From assembly GCA_964106915.2 (NCBI GenBank), contig OZ066915.1: 64,000 nucleotides of DNA. One strand, written 5' to 3'. Numbering within the stretch: the first letter of the stretch is position 1; every line of letters begins with the position of its first letter. The position numbers were made by a program, and so were the translations under genes. Below the pieces are notes generated by a model. That model had not been told where the DNA came from, did not search any database, and saw only the letters and a program-made list of their open reading frames with translations. Shown here one piece after another: positions 1-13,689 of this stretch. Source of the stretch: Podarcis gaigeae (Eukaryota).

Positions 1-2229
1 ATCCTTAAAAGTATTATCCAAAGTTAATTACTGACTGATGCACACATGCAAGATGCAAATCGTACTGATGCGTTATTGTTGGGAATGTCAATTTTCAGCA
101 AAAAAAAAAAATTATGCTGACTTTAGCATTTGGAAATATAGAAAATTTCCCAACACATCATGAAAAATATACTGTTGCCCATTTCAAACCTTCAGGATAG
201 GTGGGAGATACGTTAAAAATAAATTTAAAAACCCCTTCCATGGATATAACTAAAAAAAGGCTGCTATTGTCTTTCTACCTCTAGTTGCTTAGAACTGCCA
301 TTCCATTAAACATGAAAGGGATATTTAGGCATTTTGGGTGCTCTGTGTGTGCGAGAGAGAGAGAAAAGAAGGAAAATAATTTGTGAGATACTATTGAGAT
401 ACTTACTCGCTTTTCCAACATCAAGAGTTTATACTATTTTTAGTGGCCCAGTGAAAATATATTGACATGTGATATCCACTGAAAGTTGTGCAGATCACGT
501 CTCCCTTTTGGATGGTACTTCACAGCTGTGCACCAGACAAAGCAGCTGGATTCCCTAAAATGATCACTTCAGTTAATGTCCTCTGAAACAGAACCTGAGT
601 CCCATTATTCCCTCCTCCACCCCACCCCCCGGCAAAAAAAACTTCTTACCACTTTTCGAAGAAAACCATTAAGTGCTTTGCAAATCAAATTGCTGTGAAT
701 CCGTTGTCTCTGCTCTTTTGCATCTTCAGGTAGAGATATATGTTATATATACCACTAACCCCAAACTTCTGATTCTTTTCATGTTTAGCGTTTCCCTGTT
801 TTCATTAGAAGAAAATAGTTTTGGCAGTTAATGCAGGGATCTGTGAAATTTCTTAAAATGCCAACCTGTCGGTTAATTGCTGAGAGTTTTGTTCCTGGAA
901 ATAATGCACTTTTGATTCAGTGATAGACACTTCCTTTAAAAAGGAGCCTGTTGTGTTGCACAGAAGCAACTTTCTTAGTCACCCACGTACAAAAATAGCT
1001 AGAGCTGCAATTGATTTTATTATGAGTGTCCAGAATAAACTCTGAAGTCTCCCAAGGCAGCCTGTGTATTCTATACTGCTGAAGAGGAAGGCGGTTTCTG
1101 TGGGGAGGAAAGTGAAATCTTTGCTGTTCAGCCTTCAATGTGCCAATTCCTAGTTAGGAGGTGCCCCGCCTTTCCTCCTCCTGTTGCATCTGATACGGAG
1201 GAAGGGAAAAGGTGGGACATGTTTTGGGAGTATCTGTTGGCACAAGGGAATGTATTTAGAAAGCAGCAGCAGGGTTGTTTTTATAGGCCTGTCTTGTGAC
1301 TTCCTACCTTTGAAGGAATCTGTTCTAAATTTACACGTCAACACACACAAACATTGCAAAATAAAAACCCTAACCCAGTTCGCCCCTTCCTAAAAATGTA
1401 ATATGCCTTTGTAGAGTCCTCAGTTCTAACAGAGATCTATGCTTTAAGTTTACCCATAAATGCTCAGCTATTTTTTGTGGGCTTCTCATTTTCCCCCTTT
1501 GGTAGCACGAGAGAAGTATGAAAGCCCTCTGAGAAATTGGGTTATATATTATCGTCAGTGAAGTTGGGGCTTTTTCAAACCTAAGTTAATCATGTCTATT
1601 AACTTCAGTGGGTCTACTCAGAGTAGGACCAGCATTGAATAGAAGCCTTAATTTTCATTCACGCCAAAATTCAATTTTCTTCTGAAGATGAACCCACCAC
1701 CCCACACATTTGCTTTGAATATTACTTTAGCAAAATTTTGCTAGCAACTATACTTACTACATTTATTTCTCACAGGCTTTTTTTGTCTTTTGCTAGCTAC
1801 AGGACAGGCAGAAATTAAAGTTTTGAAGCTTTCCTCCCATGATCTCTGTCATTCAAAGCCATGTCTGTTGAACTTTTGCCTGCTATCTAACTTTTGAGGG
1901 CATAGAAATCTTTATAGAAAAAAGTGACATCTCTATTATCTGTTACATTACTTTTTCACAAATCTTCTGAAATAAGCACATTGTTTCAGTGTTTTTATTA
2001 GAAAAATGAGAAATAAAATGCTGGGTCTTTCTAGTAGACAACAGTAACCTTAGATAACATATTCTACACCCACAGAAACTTGCTTTACAGAAATTAGTCT
2101 CACCGTTAGGTTGGATTATATTTGATTTTTTCCCTGTGTGTGTGTTCCATCAATAACAAGCCTGCATTTATAACCACTGTTTGAAGAGGATGTTCCTTTT
2201 CCCAAAACACAGGCTTTGTTGGGATATAA

Positions 2230-2600
2230 TGCCAAACCATAGTTTAGCGCTATGAGAACAAAGCTTCCCCTTATCTAGCCCAACTGCAAGGAGGAGTTCA
2301 GAAAATTACTTCTTTTTTATGATTAACCACAGCTTCCCCTGGCAGCAGTAACTGGAAAACCTGTGATTATTTTTAACCATGGTTAATGGAAACAACTTCA
2401 AATTACAGTTTATGAAGCTGCTTTATGGTTTGCTTTCACGAACTATTGTTAAGGTTAACCACGGTATACTGTTTGCATGACACTAAACTGCTGTTAATCT
2501 AAAATGGATGCAGAAAACGGGGGGGGGGGGACAGGACATGTGAATCTGGAGGAAGGAAGGCTGCTACTTGTAATTCTAAACATTTTTTTTAGTGTTACAT
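2230..2600. mobile_element. Old degenerate foldback/MITE-like repeat rich in AACCATGGTT-type palindromes (copy 1 of 3)
   Basis: aaaccatagtttagc, ttaaccatggttaa and ttaaccacggt motifs shared with 28570-28975 and 53765-54172; boundaries approximate. Confidence 0.45.
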
Positions 2601-2690
2601 CATTATGTAGGGAATCACAAACCTTTGCAATTACAGATGTTCCCCATTTTCTTGTATGAGGTGGGGTGAACTGAACTCTCCATCCATATA

Positions 2691-2879
2691 CAGTGGTACC
2701 TCGGGTTAATTACTTAATTCGTTCCGGAGGTCCGTTCTTAACCTGAAACTGTTCTTAACACTTTAGCTAATGGGGCCTCCTGCTGCCGGAGCGCAATTTC
2801 TGTTCTCATCCTGAAGCAAAGTTCTTAACCTGAAGCACTATTTCTGGGTTAGCGGAGTCTGTAACCTGAAGCACCACTG
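2691..2879 (+). mobile_element. Tc1/mariner (pogo/Tigger-like) MITE, family A, internally deleted near the right end
   Basis: TA|cagtggtacctcgggtta ... caccactg|TA; interior nearly identical to 6982-7222. Confidence 0.9.
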
Positions 2880-3851
2880 TACCTTGGAAAAACCCATATG
2901 GTACATCAGTGATAGTTGTGAGTCTAGTGATTCTTACTATTACTTTTATAATTTTAACTCTCTTCACAACATAATTCCTGATTACTAGCCCAAACGATGG
3001 GTAAGTGGTTCCATTTTAAAAGAGTTTCCGCAAATTATTAAACATGTTCTCCTAAGGTTCTTGAGATGCCAGCACCTGTTCCCAGTAAAATGGCGCCTGT
3101 GTAATCAAAGCTGTGATTTGAAAAAGGATGCTTTGTGTAAGGAGATGTGCTGCTGCCTCTGATCCCCAAATTGCCAACATGATTATCATGTTCGCTATGT
3201 GTGGCAGATTTCATCTTTGCCACATTGCATCCCACAAAACTCCTAGGAGAGGAGGGAAGAATGAGGGAGTTGGACTAGGTGTTAGCAAACAATTAGTGTA
3301 CAATATTAGAAAATAGATGGGTTCTGGTAGGCAGTTTGTTAGGAATTCATGAGATGTGTCCATATTCTTGTATCGGAGCCAAGACGTTTTAATTTCTTCT
3401 GTGTTTGATGCTATATTTTGTAACATTTTAAATTATACTTAGTTTAATTTATTCATCATTTAATGCTGGCTTATTTTATCATTTTTAAAAGAAAGAATTC
3501 CATTGGGCCAAAATTTTAAATGTATATACACATCCATGTAAAATATATTTGACATAGAATAAGTTGAGGTGACAGGTTGTTGTTTTTATCTAGAAAGGCC
3601 AGCCTACTATGACAATGATGGGAACTTGCCTTTTAATGCAGTATAATATAAAACAGGGCCACGACTTTTAGTAGCAGTAAATGTATTAAGATTATACATT
3701 GAGCTTCATTTAAAAATGGGATTCCCAGTGTTTGTTTGTAGAAAGCAATAGGTCCAGGCTTGGAAAGTTCTTAATGATTTATTTTTATGTATTCATTTTT
3801 AATATTTGTGTACCACCCTTCGTTATAAAAGATCCCAGGGCAGTGTACAAC

Positions 3852-4350
3852 CCGGTGGAGTACAGGGTCAGGTTTAAGGTGCTGGTTTTAACCTTCAAAG
3901 CCCTATACGGCCTAGGACCCTTGTACCTACGGGACCGCCTCTCCTGGTATGTCCCACAGAGGAACCTATGGTCCTCAAATAAAAACATCTTGAAGGTCCT
4001 AGGCCACAGAGAGGTTAGGCTGGCCTCAACTAGAGCCAGGGCCTTCTCAGCTGCGGCTCCAATCTGGTGGAACGCTCTGTCACAAGAGACTAGGGCCCTG
4101 CAGGACCTGACATCTTTCCACAGGGCCTGCAAGACAGAGCTGTTCCACCAGGCCTTTGGTCAGGGCGCAGCCTGACTCCCTCCTCTGGCAGTCTTTACAG
4201 AACTTTAGTTTATGGTTGCCATCAATTTGATTTTAATTAATTTTTATAATGTTTTTAGAATGATGCACTATTTTAGTGTTGTTAGCCGCCCTGAGCCCGG
4301 CTTCGGCTGGGGAGGGCAGGATATAAATAAAATTTATTAATATTATTATT
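3852..4350 (+). mobile_element. L2-clade LINE, 5'-truncated 3' fragment
   Basis: Encodes PVEYRVRFKVLVLTFKALYGLGP...RARAFSAAAPIWWNAL...KTELF (L2 ORF2 C-terminus), then 3' UTR ttagccgccctgagccc...ataaataaa and a (TTA)n tail; matches 47725-48502. Confidence 0.9.
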
Positions 4351-6646
4351 ATATGTAATATGTAGTGTAAGTGAAACATCACAAAATAAAATGAACAAGA
4401 CTAAGCAGAATAATTTGTTTTTTATGCCATGGAAACTCCTGGAGCAGCACATTCAATAAAACTTTCCATTAAATGCCAGGGGAAACAGAAGAATTTTTAA
4501 TTTTTTCTTAGAAACCTAAAGTAATAGAACCAGCCACATATCTTTCAGAATGGAATTCTGTAGGATAGAAGCAGCCAGAAAGAAGGCCCTATCTCTTGTG
4601 CCTGTGTGCCTGAGTGTTCTTTAAGGTGACAAGTAGGATGTCAAAATCTACTCTTCAAGCACAGGCAGGTTCATATGGATATGGCTGGTACTTTTCTTCT
4701 GAACATTCCTCTGAGGCCCTATGAATATTATAATTTTCCCACCAAGACTGATCTGTGGTGAGATAGGGAGTGATTCCACAACGCTCATAATATTTTCTTC
4801 GGATCCTTCCTCCTTCCACCCCCGTAAAGCGAGCAACAAAACTGGACAACCCATACTTTCAGTGCAATCTATTCATAAGTAACTGTTTGACACTGCCTCA
4901 GTAGAAACCATGCTGTGGCACACACTGTTCCTGGGCATTTGCTCCTCCCTTTCAGTTTTGGAGCTAACTCTGCTTGGCATTTCACTTGCACTTAAAATTA
5001 GTGCTGTCAAGGCACAGATTGAAACCATGATCAGAAGCAGGTTTGCAAATCATTCTAGATAATTCGTAACAGTGTCATGCAATTGCTGAGAGTGGGGCCA
5101 CAGAACCAGATGACCACACATTGGCAGGGGGCAGTCTGCATAGGGGAAATCCACATGTAAGTAATAGTGCTGGAGTTCTGATTGCGCAGAAACCTATGAT
5201 TCACAAATGAAGGGGCTAGCAATGGCTTTCCATCCAATTTGGAGGATTTGCTGTGCACCTCTGCAAAACAAGGAACGGAAGTAGAAGTGCAGTTTTCCAA
5301 TGGCCCAGTGATGTCCACTGCAGTTCCCTGGGTTGATCAGACTGGCCTAAAAATGATAACCTCTGATTTGTCTTTATTTGCAAATATTTGCACCGGTGTT
5401 GTTGCATCAGTGTGTTCTCGTAAGAAAAAAAAAAGTTGACACCAACCTATGCGCAAATGGATTGACACATGGAGATATTTGCCATAGGGAACAATGTAAA
5501 GTGCCCTTTGTGTAGTATTTGGTTCACAGGCCTTTATATGTTAGGCACATATAAAGTATGTGACAGAAATAAACTGAAGCCAATAAATTCTAAGGCTCGG
5601 CCAACTCAACTTAACTCATGTGGTTGTTGTGATGGCTTCCTACAGTGTCTTTTTTTTTTAATGCAAGATAGCAGTGATTTCAGTTTGGAATTTCCTCATT
5701 CTCTGAGGGGCAGTGAAAGCAGAACAGAGGGGAAATGGGGGCAGAGGTAAAGTGTTTCTTCAGCACACATTATGATTATTATTTGTAAGAATTGTGAAAA
5801 GAGCTTGTGAAAGACAGGCCCAGAACGCTTGTGTGCATTTCCCTGCAACACTGTTGTGAAAGAGCACTAACACTGGTATGATTACCGTGATATCTGATTC
5901 TAATTAAAACGAGCAACACTTGCCTCTGGTATAATGTAACATTGTTTGTAATGAAGTATACACACCCTCTCTGTGTCACACAGAGTCTCTTGAAGTTTAG
6001 TCTAATTATTAAATGTATTCCAAAAAGGAAACATGCTTTTCTTTCTTTGGGGTATTTTCGTTAGTTAAATCCAGTTATTATATATTGCAATATGTGTATT
6101 GCCTGTTGACTACAAATATGGTCTGCAGGGGCTTTTTGTCCTCAGAAGACCTTTTAAAATTCTGAGAATACTAGTTATTAAATTTTTACACTACAAAGTT
6201 TCCAAGATGAAATTAGAAAGAAAAGAAAAAAATACGGTAACAAACTCTGCCAAAGGTTCTGAAGCTAGATGGTAAGTGAAAAGAACTTCAGGGTCATTAA
6301 ACTTCTTTCTAAATCTCATGATTTCTCAATTTTATCATGAGATTTCCGAATTATATCATGAGAAACTGGGCCTGTGGTCATGGTTTTCCCACAGTGAGAT
6401 TCCACTGTGGTTCTGTGATTAGCATGTATGCACATTAACAAACTCTGCATATTAGTCCTAGACTTTGTAGTATATTTCCAACATATTCCTTGTAATTTAA
6501 GGAACTGCTTCAGTTTCAGTCTGATGCGTCCTAGGAAAGCTTTATAGGAAATAAATTCTGCATTTTTATCAGTGTTTCTAGGAATTAATATTATATATTT
6601 AAGTATGTTTTGCATGAATAGTTTTCGGCTGGCATTCATCATTGTA

Positions 6647-6854
6647 CAGTGGTACCTCTGGTTTCAAACGCTTCAGGTTTCGAAGTAGCTTCCCTTGGTT
6701 GCAAACTTTGCCCCAGGATGTTAACAGAAATTGTGTGCTAGAGGCACGCGCAGCAGGAGGCCCCATTAGTGAAAGAGCACCTCAGGATAAGAACGGTTTC
6801 AGCTTAAGAACGGACCTCCGGAACGAATTAAGTTTGTAACCAGAAGTACCACTG
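6647..6854 (-). mobile_element. Tc1/mariner MITE, family A-related
   Basis: TA|cagtggtacctc ... gtaccactg|TA; shares ggccccattag and aagaacggacctccggaacgaattaag with family A in the opposite orientation. Confidence 0.85.
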
Positions 6855-6981
6855 TATTTTATTCTTCCTGGCTTTCTTTGACACATCTTTAAATGTTGGA
6901 CACAACAGCAGACTATGAAGAGGGATGGAGTTGCTTACCAGGTGACAGAGGGTGGGAGGGGCAAGGCGCTGTTTACACATA

Positions 6982-7222
6982 CAGTGGTACCTCGGGTTAA
7001 GTACTTAATTCATTCCGGAGGTCCGTACTTAACCTGAAACACCACTTTAGCTAATGGGGCTTCCTGCTGCTGCTGCGCCGCCAGAGCACGATTTCTGTTC
7101 TCATCCTGAAGCAAAGTTCTTAACCTGAAGCACTATTCCTGGGTTAGCGGAGTCTGTAACCTGAAGCGTATGTAACCTGAAGCGTATGTAACCTGAAGCA
7201 TATGTAACTTGAGGTACCACTG
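6982..7222 (+). mobile_element. Tc1/mariner MITE, family A, with three 16-bp subterminal repeats
   Basis: TA|cagtggtacctc ... gaggtaccactg|TA; (gtaacctgaagcrtat)x3. Confidence 0.92.
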
Positions 7223-9135
7223 TACTGGCAGGAGTGCCATAGTGGCTCCACTGGTGCTTTTGCACAGTGCTGACCTCCCCATTGCCTTCCCCTTCCCCCT
7301 TCAGGTAAGCTGCAGTGAAACACCTGTTGGGAGGTCAGGTGGGCAGTGCTGCCACGCTTCACAGTCTGCTGCTGGTTGGTCTTGTTACTTTTATCTGCTG
7401 GTTGGTAGGACTATGCCCATGACTAGGCATTATTTATGTTAATTACAACAGCATAACCCTAACAGTGGAACCCATGTGTATGTCGAAATGGGTTGTGCAC
7501 ATGGGACTCCACAGAAAAGCTCTGTGAGCAGTTTTATACAATAATCTAATCCCTTACTCACGGATAGTTTTTTGCAGATTTCACATGGATTTTGTATTCC
7601 AACAGAACATCTTTTTTCATGAAGATTCCAGGGGGAATACAGTCCAATGACATTGGCTCCTCATCTCTGTTTTACAGTCTATATTATTTTTATCTTAAGA
7701 GACAATAATAACATGCCTTTGCTTGCTCATTTAATTTTTTAAAAGAAATATATTTTTAATCCCTTTTGCAGTAAAAAGTACTCAGGGCAGTTTACAAGAT
7801 AAGAAACCAGTCGAAACAATACAAAGCAAATACAGTACAACAATACAAAACAAATCATAACTAAAGAGAGAGAAAGAAATCTATCGATTACTAAGCCAGA
7901 GAGATTAAAATTTATAACTCAGCCAATAAAGAATGGCCTTGGTGTAATGACAGAAGATCATCAGAGAGAGAGAGAGAGCAAGTTTGTGTGTGAGAGGGAA
8001 TGCTTAAAGAGTTTAATGGAAGTTTGTTTGAAAAGTCAAACTTTCTTTGACCATAGTAAGGGTGTTTCTCCATAAACAACTGAATAAGAGTTGTAAGTAA
8101 TGATCCACATTTCCGATTCATGTGTTCCTTCCTGCACAGCATTTCCTCTCAGCATGCCTCCAAAACATTCAACCAGGATCAAATATTCTCATGTGCTTAC
8201 ACAATTTGTTTTTCTTACTCTGTGATCTTAGGTTGAGTTGGCAGTGGAAGCCTTACTTCTCCCGTTAAGCTAATTCAGAGCTGTTGATCATCTTCTTTTA
8301 CATTATCTTTGTCAGTGCTTCAGTGGCAGAGAAGTGTATGGTTACCAAAAAAACCCCAACCACTTTAAAACTTCATCTTCTAACTCACATATTAGAACAA
8401 AGTTCCTTTTGTCTCATATGGAACATGTTTAAATACCAGTAAATAATGCTTATAATGGACTTTAGGTTCAAAAGGAAGACAAAAAGAGCTCCTGTCCCAT
8501 TTCCCAAACAACCGTAGGCAATTATCATGTTTGGTCAAAGTGTTTGACTTGGGAAAACAGAACAGAAATATATTCCCCAAGGTATTCAGAATAAAGCAAA
8601 ACAACAACTACTTGCTACCATTCTTCCCATATTATCTGACTATCTTTACTAGGAATTTCTTAAATCTATCTCAGCCAGTGTTAAGGCAGAAAGAGTCATC
8701 CAAGGAAACAAAAGCAGTAGTAACAATAAGATTCCACAGCTTCTTCCACAACTACACCCATATACTGCCATTCGTCCTACATTATCTCACTGTCTTTGGT
8801 AAGAATCCTTCCATTTTCTCAGTGGGTATTAAGGTAGACTCTACCCTGTAGAGTGCTCTGAGGAAACAACTGAAACCTGCTCCTTCTTTGTTTTACTGAA
8901 CATTATGTATTTTGTGGTTTTATATCTTGATTTTATTCTGTGAGCTACCCTGAGACCCCTGGGTATAGGGCAGTATATAAATAAAATAAAATAAAAAATA
9001 AGCATGCATGCAGCATAGTACTGTTTCTTACTTCATTTTCCTGAAAGGTACCTGTACCATCTCAAATACAAATATTTCCGCTTAATTTCAAAATAATTTG
9101 TATTCCAATGACCTAATACCATAGAGGTCAAATAA

Positions 9136-9177
9136 ATGTATGTATGTATGTATGTATGTATGTATGTATGTATGTAT
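9136..9177. repeat. (TATG)n microsatellite
   Basis: About 10 perfect units. Confidence 0.97.
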
Positions 9178-9179
9178 AA

Positions 9180-9603
9180 AATTGGAATAACAATAAATTC
9201 AGAATTCAAAAATCAATTTAGGGGGGAAATCCATGCAATAAACATTAGATTATCACCAGGGCTAGCTGGCTAAATTAGTCCTATTTGGGCCACCGGGGAA
9301 TTAGCTGTGGGATCCAGAGCTGGTAATCTTCATAGAAAGGGGAGGGGGAGGGAAGGAACAGGAATAAAAGATCAGGCTAAGTTCAAATTGAAAGCCAGGC
9401 AGAATAGCTCTGCCTTAGAGGCCCTGCGGAAGGAAGTTGAATCCTGCAGGGCCCTGGTGTCATGGGACAGAGCATTCCACCAGGTCGGAGCCATCACCAA
9501 GAAGGCCCTGGCCCTGATGGAGGTTAATTTGTCTTCCATAGGGCCCGGGACCTCTAAACTATTATTATTCATGGACCTTAAGGTCCACTGCATGAAATAC
9601 CAG
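9180..9603 (-). mobile_element. L2-clade LINE 3' fragment, more diverged
   Basis: ORF 9372..9692 contains LEVPGP..RARAFLVMAPTWWNALSHDTRALQD..FRRASKAELF, homologous to the other two L2 copies. Confidence 0.85.
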
Positions 9604-10323
9604 TAATGAAGCTCCATTACTGATAGTCTTATCTGTAGCTGCTTCTGTGTTGGATCATGTCCACTGTGGAGTAAGAAGGCAAACACACACACCTTTGTTT
9701 GGTCGCTGGGCTATCCTGATCATTCAAGCATCCCAAATAGTCATATTCCAGAAAGCGCCTTGACCCATCATGGATTCTTCAGTAGTACTCATGGCCGTCT
9801 TGATATGGACAGCACTAAGTTCACCTGTTGCAACTGGAATCCCCATCCACCTTTGTCTGGTCATTAATGACAAATAAAAATTGCCATCCCCACAAACTGA
9901 GTAATTTTAAAACTGAGAATTCAGCTTTGAAATCTGTTGTTATTCTGGAAGTTCCCAAATGCATTTATTGTTCTCTGTTCTTGTTCTGAATTCATGCGTA
10001 GTGAAGAACATGTACGTGAAACCTTGCATATGCAAGCATTTGTGTTGATGAATGAGTGCTGCAGTTGAAAATCATTTGTTTCTGGTCTGTCATTGCAAAC
10101 ACAAGAAGTGTTTACATCAGTGGACTGTTTCCCATGTTAAAATTTACGGACTCAGGAGCATTCCTGAGAATCACATCAAGTCTGAAGAATCTCTGCTTAG
10201 CAGTGGCTACTAGGTAGGTCATACTGCCTTAGAGATAGGGAAGTCGAAGGAGTTTCAGAGTACATAAGTTAGTTACATATATTGACCATATGGGAACTTA
10301 AGCGTTTCTCAGTTGTACTAAAG

Positions 10324-10459
10324 CAGGCATGGCCAAACTTGGCCCTCCAGATGTTTTGGGACTACAACTCCCATCATCCCTAGCTAACAGGACCAGTGGT
10401 CAGGGATGATAGGAGTTGTAGTCCCAAAATATCTGGAGGGCCAAGTTTGGCAATGTCTG
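10324..10459. mobile_element. Palindromic hAT-type MITE (136 bp)
   Basis: Perfect 8-bp TSD tactaaag (10316-10323, 10460-10467); arms ccaaacttggccctccagatgttttgggactacaactccc / ggagttgtagtcccaaaatatctggagggccaagtttgg. Confidence 0.93.
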
Positions 10460-11262
10460 TACTAAAGGAAACATTCCCAAAGATTCAGTTGCTAGCTAAT
10501 ATAAGAACAGTAAACACAATATTCAAGATACAAAATTCAGTAATGATCCGTGAGCCCTTATTAATTTAGGAGACTGTGCTGCAACATTTTACGCTTGTTA
10601 CTGTCATGAGTTTTTAAGCTTCCTTTCTGGAATGCCTTATACACAAACAAATACGCCCCAAGGTGCAGATATATGTATATTATGCAACTGTTTCTTTGAT
10701 CTCAATTTTTAAAATGATTATTCCATTCCTAGGCAGCTGCTACCCACCTCTCAGTTCCCTATGCTTTTTGTACCTTTTGTACTTTCTATAAACTGAACAG
10801 TTCTTCTTTATTTTTTAATGCCAGAAAACATTTCCCTTCCCTCAGGTGTGAGTGGGTGAACCTGTTCTCAGTTGAGACAATGGATGCCTAGCTTGTAGAA
10901 GAATTATGGCTTTTTTGCTTTATGCCTGTTTGTAACAGCCTAGCCATCAACTCCCTCCCCCCATGAGATTTTAAAAATTGGTATGTTGACATAACCTTTG
11001 TTGCATGTATGTCCTGCGTGCATAGTGACATATTGCATGCATTTACATGCTTACTGTTTTCCTGATTAGGATAAATGTACCTGACATAACATAAAAAACA
11101 TTGATTTGATTAAAAAAAGAAAACCTAGTTCCATTGTATGGTAGAAGAAACCTTCTCCTTCTCCTGCTCCTTTTTTAACCCTCTTTATAGTCGGAGAGAA
11201 ATACAATTTTCATTCAACATTGATGTTTCCTTTTCATCCTTAAAAGCTAATTTTTTTTCCTG

Positions 11263-11450
11263 NNNNNNNNNNNNNNNNNNNNNNNNNNNNNNNNNNNNNN
11301 NNNNNNNNNNNNNNNNNNNNNNNNNNNNNNNNNNNNNNNNNNNNNNNNNNNNNNNNNNNNNNNNNNNNNNNNNNNNNNNNNNNNNNNNNNNNNNNNNNNN
11401 NNNNNNNNNNNNNNNNNNNNNNNNNNNNNNNNNNNNNNNNNNNNNNNNNN
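11263..11450. other. N block (188 bp)
   Basis: Run of N. Confidence 0.99.
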
Positions 11451-11598
11451 TTGAGTAATAAAGGCTGAATCATGGGGGCTTTAATTCTTAATCGCTGTGA
11501 GGATTGTTATCTGTGGGATGTGAGCTGTCTTAGTGGTATTCAATCAAGTGTCCACTTAGCCGTGACCAGAAGTAATTGCTCCCAAGTGGGTTGCACAA

Positions 11599-11707
11599 TG
11601 ACCTGTTAATACTTGCTTTGACCCTGTGACCTTGTCTGCCCCATTGTTTAGGATTTTATAGCAAGCGAGTCTGCATTTCTGTAGGGTCAAGTAGATATCT
11701 GAGGTCA
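11599..11707. promoter_or_regulatory. Nuclear-receptor half-site cluster including a DR2 (candidate RARE / COUP-TF element)
   Basis: TGACCT 11599-11604; TGACCC-tg-TGACCT 11619-11632; GGGTCA 11684-11689; AGGTCA 11702-11707. Confidence 0.45.
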
Positions 11708-12284
11708 AACATTTTCTGATTACTACACAGTGTACACTGTAATGTTAGTAGAGACTCTGGCACAGAAAGAGTCGCTGCTTTGTAGTATACACAAGGCAAA
11801 CAATTTGAATGTTCTCTCCCTTACTGCTTGTAAACAGTTTAATATTTTACCAAAAGAACTTCATCTTGTAAATTAGCTATGAATAATACATACATAATTA
11901 CTACTCATGTCTTTATAAACACTTGTGTCTTAATTGGCTTGGATGTTTTTAAGATATTTGCATTTTGTTGGAGAAGTTAATTTTAATTTACTCTGGTAAT
12001 TTGGAAAGTTGTTTTACTAAGGTCTAGATTTTCCCTTCTGTATTCCAGAGCTTAACTTGTTGCCGGATTACAGGAAAGCAAAGTGCAAAGTTCAACATGT
12101 ATTTGCTTTCCATTCAGCAATTTTTAACTTTTTTACCCATATCCTAGTAAACTTTCAAGAACTGATGTTATGTTCTTCTTTTAACTTACTGTTCATCTGT
12201 ACATAATGTATTTTATTAATCACATTTAGTACACAACCATGATCGTCTTTTATTTCGAAAAGTTTGATAATGGGTAAATTACCT

Positions 12285-12437
12285 AGAGGGTCAGTGGGCT
12301 CTCTCTCCCTGGAGGTCTTCAAGTAGAGGCCCCAACAGCCATATGTTGGGAGTACCTTGATGCTGTGTTTCCTGCATCAATTATAATATAGGACTAAGGT
12401 GGCCTACAAGCTCATCTCCAACGCTCTGATTCTATTA
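12285..12437 (+). mobile_element. CR1 LINE 3' end remnant
   Basis: ctctccctggaggtcttcaagtagagg ... ggactaaggtggcc ... tccaacgctctgattctat resembles the CR1 end at 41716-41852. Confidence 0.65.
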
Positions 12438-12689
12438 TAGTCGTACCTTGGATCCCGAATGCCTTACGAGTCAGAACGTTTTGGCACCCAAACGCTGCAA
12501 ACCCAGAAGTGAGTGTTCCAGTTTGCAAATGTTCTTTGGAACCTGAACATCTGACATGGCAGTCCACGGCTTCCAATTGGCTGCAGGAGCTTCCTGCAGC
12601 CAATCGGAAGTTGTGCCTTGGTTTCCGAAAGTTTTGGAAGTCGAACGGATTTCCAGAACAGATTCTGTTCGACTTCCGAGGTACAACTG
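12438..12689. mobile_element. Tc1/mariner (Tigger-like) MITE, family B
   Basis: TA|tagtcgtaccttgga ... tccgaggtacaactg|TA; internal palindrome attggctgcaggagcttcctgcagccaat. Confidence 0.85.
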
Positions 12690-12946
12690 TATTCTTTAAA
12701 GAGCTAGATTTTTCTTTTCTAAAAGCACAAAGCTCTCTTAAGGATCTCCTATGTAGTCAACTCCTGAAATTTTAACATGAAGACTTATTTAAAAGTTTCA
12801 ATTTATGCATAAAAACTAATTTTACTGATCTCACATTGCGCTACCGGAGATATGATTTACCTGCCATGTTGGTTGCTATGGGGTAAGCAAGGAGTAGGTA
12901 TCATTGTGGCTGGCGTTCTCTCACACTTACCTTGATGCACATTGTA

Positions 12947-13175
12947 CAATGGTATCTCGGATTACAAACTTAAATCATTTTGGAGGTCTGTTCTTAACCC
13001 GAAATCGTTCTTAACCTTGCTAATGGGGCCTCCCTCTGCCACTGTGCTGCCAGTGTACGATTTCAAATCTCATCCTGAGGCAAAGTTCTCAACCCGAGGT
13101 ACTACTTCTGGGTTAGTGGAGTTTGTAATCTGAAGTGTTTGTAACCTGAAGTGTTTGTAACCCGAGGTACCACTG
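12947..13175 (+). mobile_element. Tc1/mariner MITE, family A, older copy
   Basis: TA|caatggtatctcgg ... cccgaggtaccactg|TA; two 16-bp subterminal units. Confidence 0.88.
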
Positions 13176-13689
13176 TACTGGCGACTGAATATTCTGAATA
13201 TTCAGATTATACCATTTTGTTGGCAATATAGGCTTTTGAGTTAAAGATTTCTGGTTCACAGGTTCACAGTAATGTTAAATAGTGAATTGTGAGCAAGTCC
13301 CATAATTCATCTGGGTGGGTACATTGTAAAAAAAGAAAGTCAGCGAGTAGGAGGTGTAGCACAGGAGGAGAAATGGGAGATTTTCAAGCAGCTCTCTTTT
13401 TCCAAAACTGATTTGCACTTATTGTTGAGTGAGGAACATGTTGCATCCTCAAGTAGAGATAGCTTCATATGCTGACTGTCAGAAATATCCAGAACATTGC
13501 AAGACAGAAAAAAGGAGATTCCATATTTAGTAGTCCAGATGACTGATGCTGGTTCTTTCCTTTGTCACAGGCTTCCTGTGTGATATTTGTTTCTTGGTAT
13601 CATAAATGTAAAATGGATGATATGGCACTGTCTTAGTACTTAACAGAGATTCTGTGTGGTTGTGTTAGATGTTGCAAGATGTTCTAGGT

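Noticed and set aside
7156-7212. Short direct repeats superficially like a CRISPR array
   Set aside because: No spacers; these are tandem subterminal units of a eukaryotic MITE
11138-11473. ORFs spanning N blocks (also near 51234 and 63050)
   Set aside because: Artefacts of N translated as X
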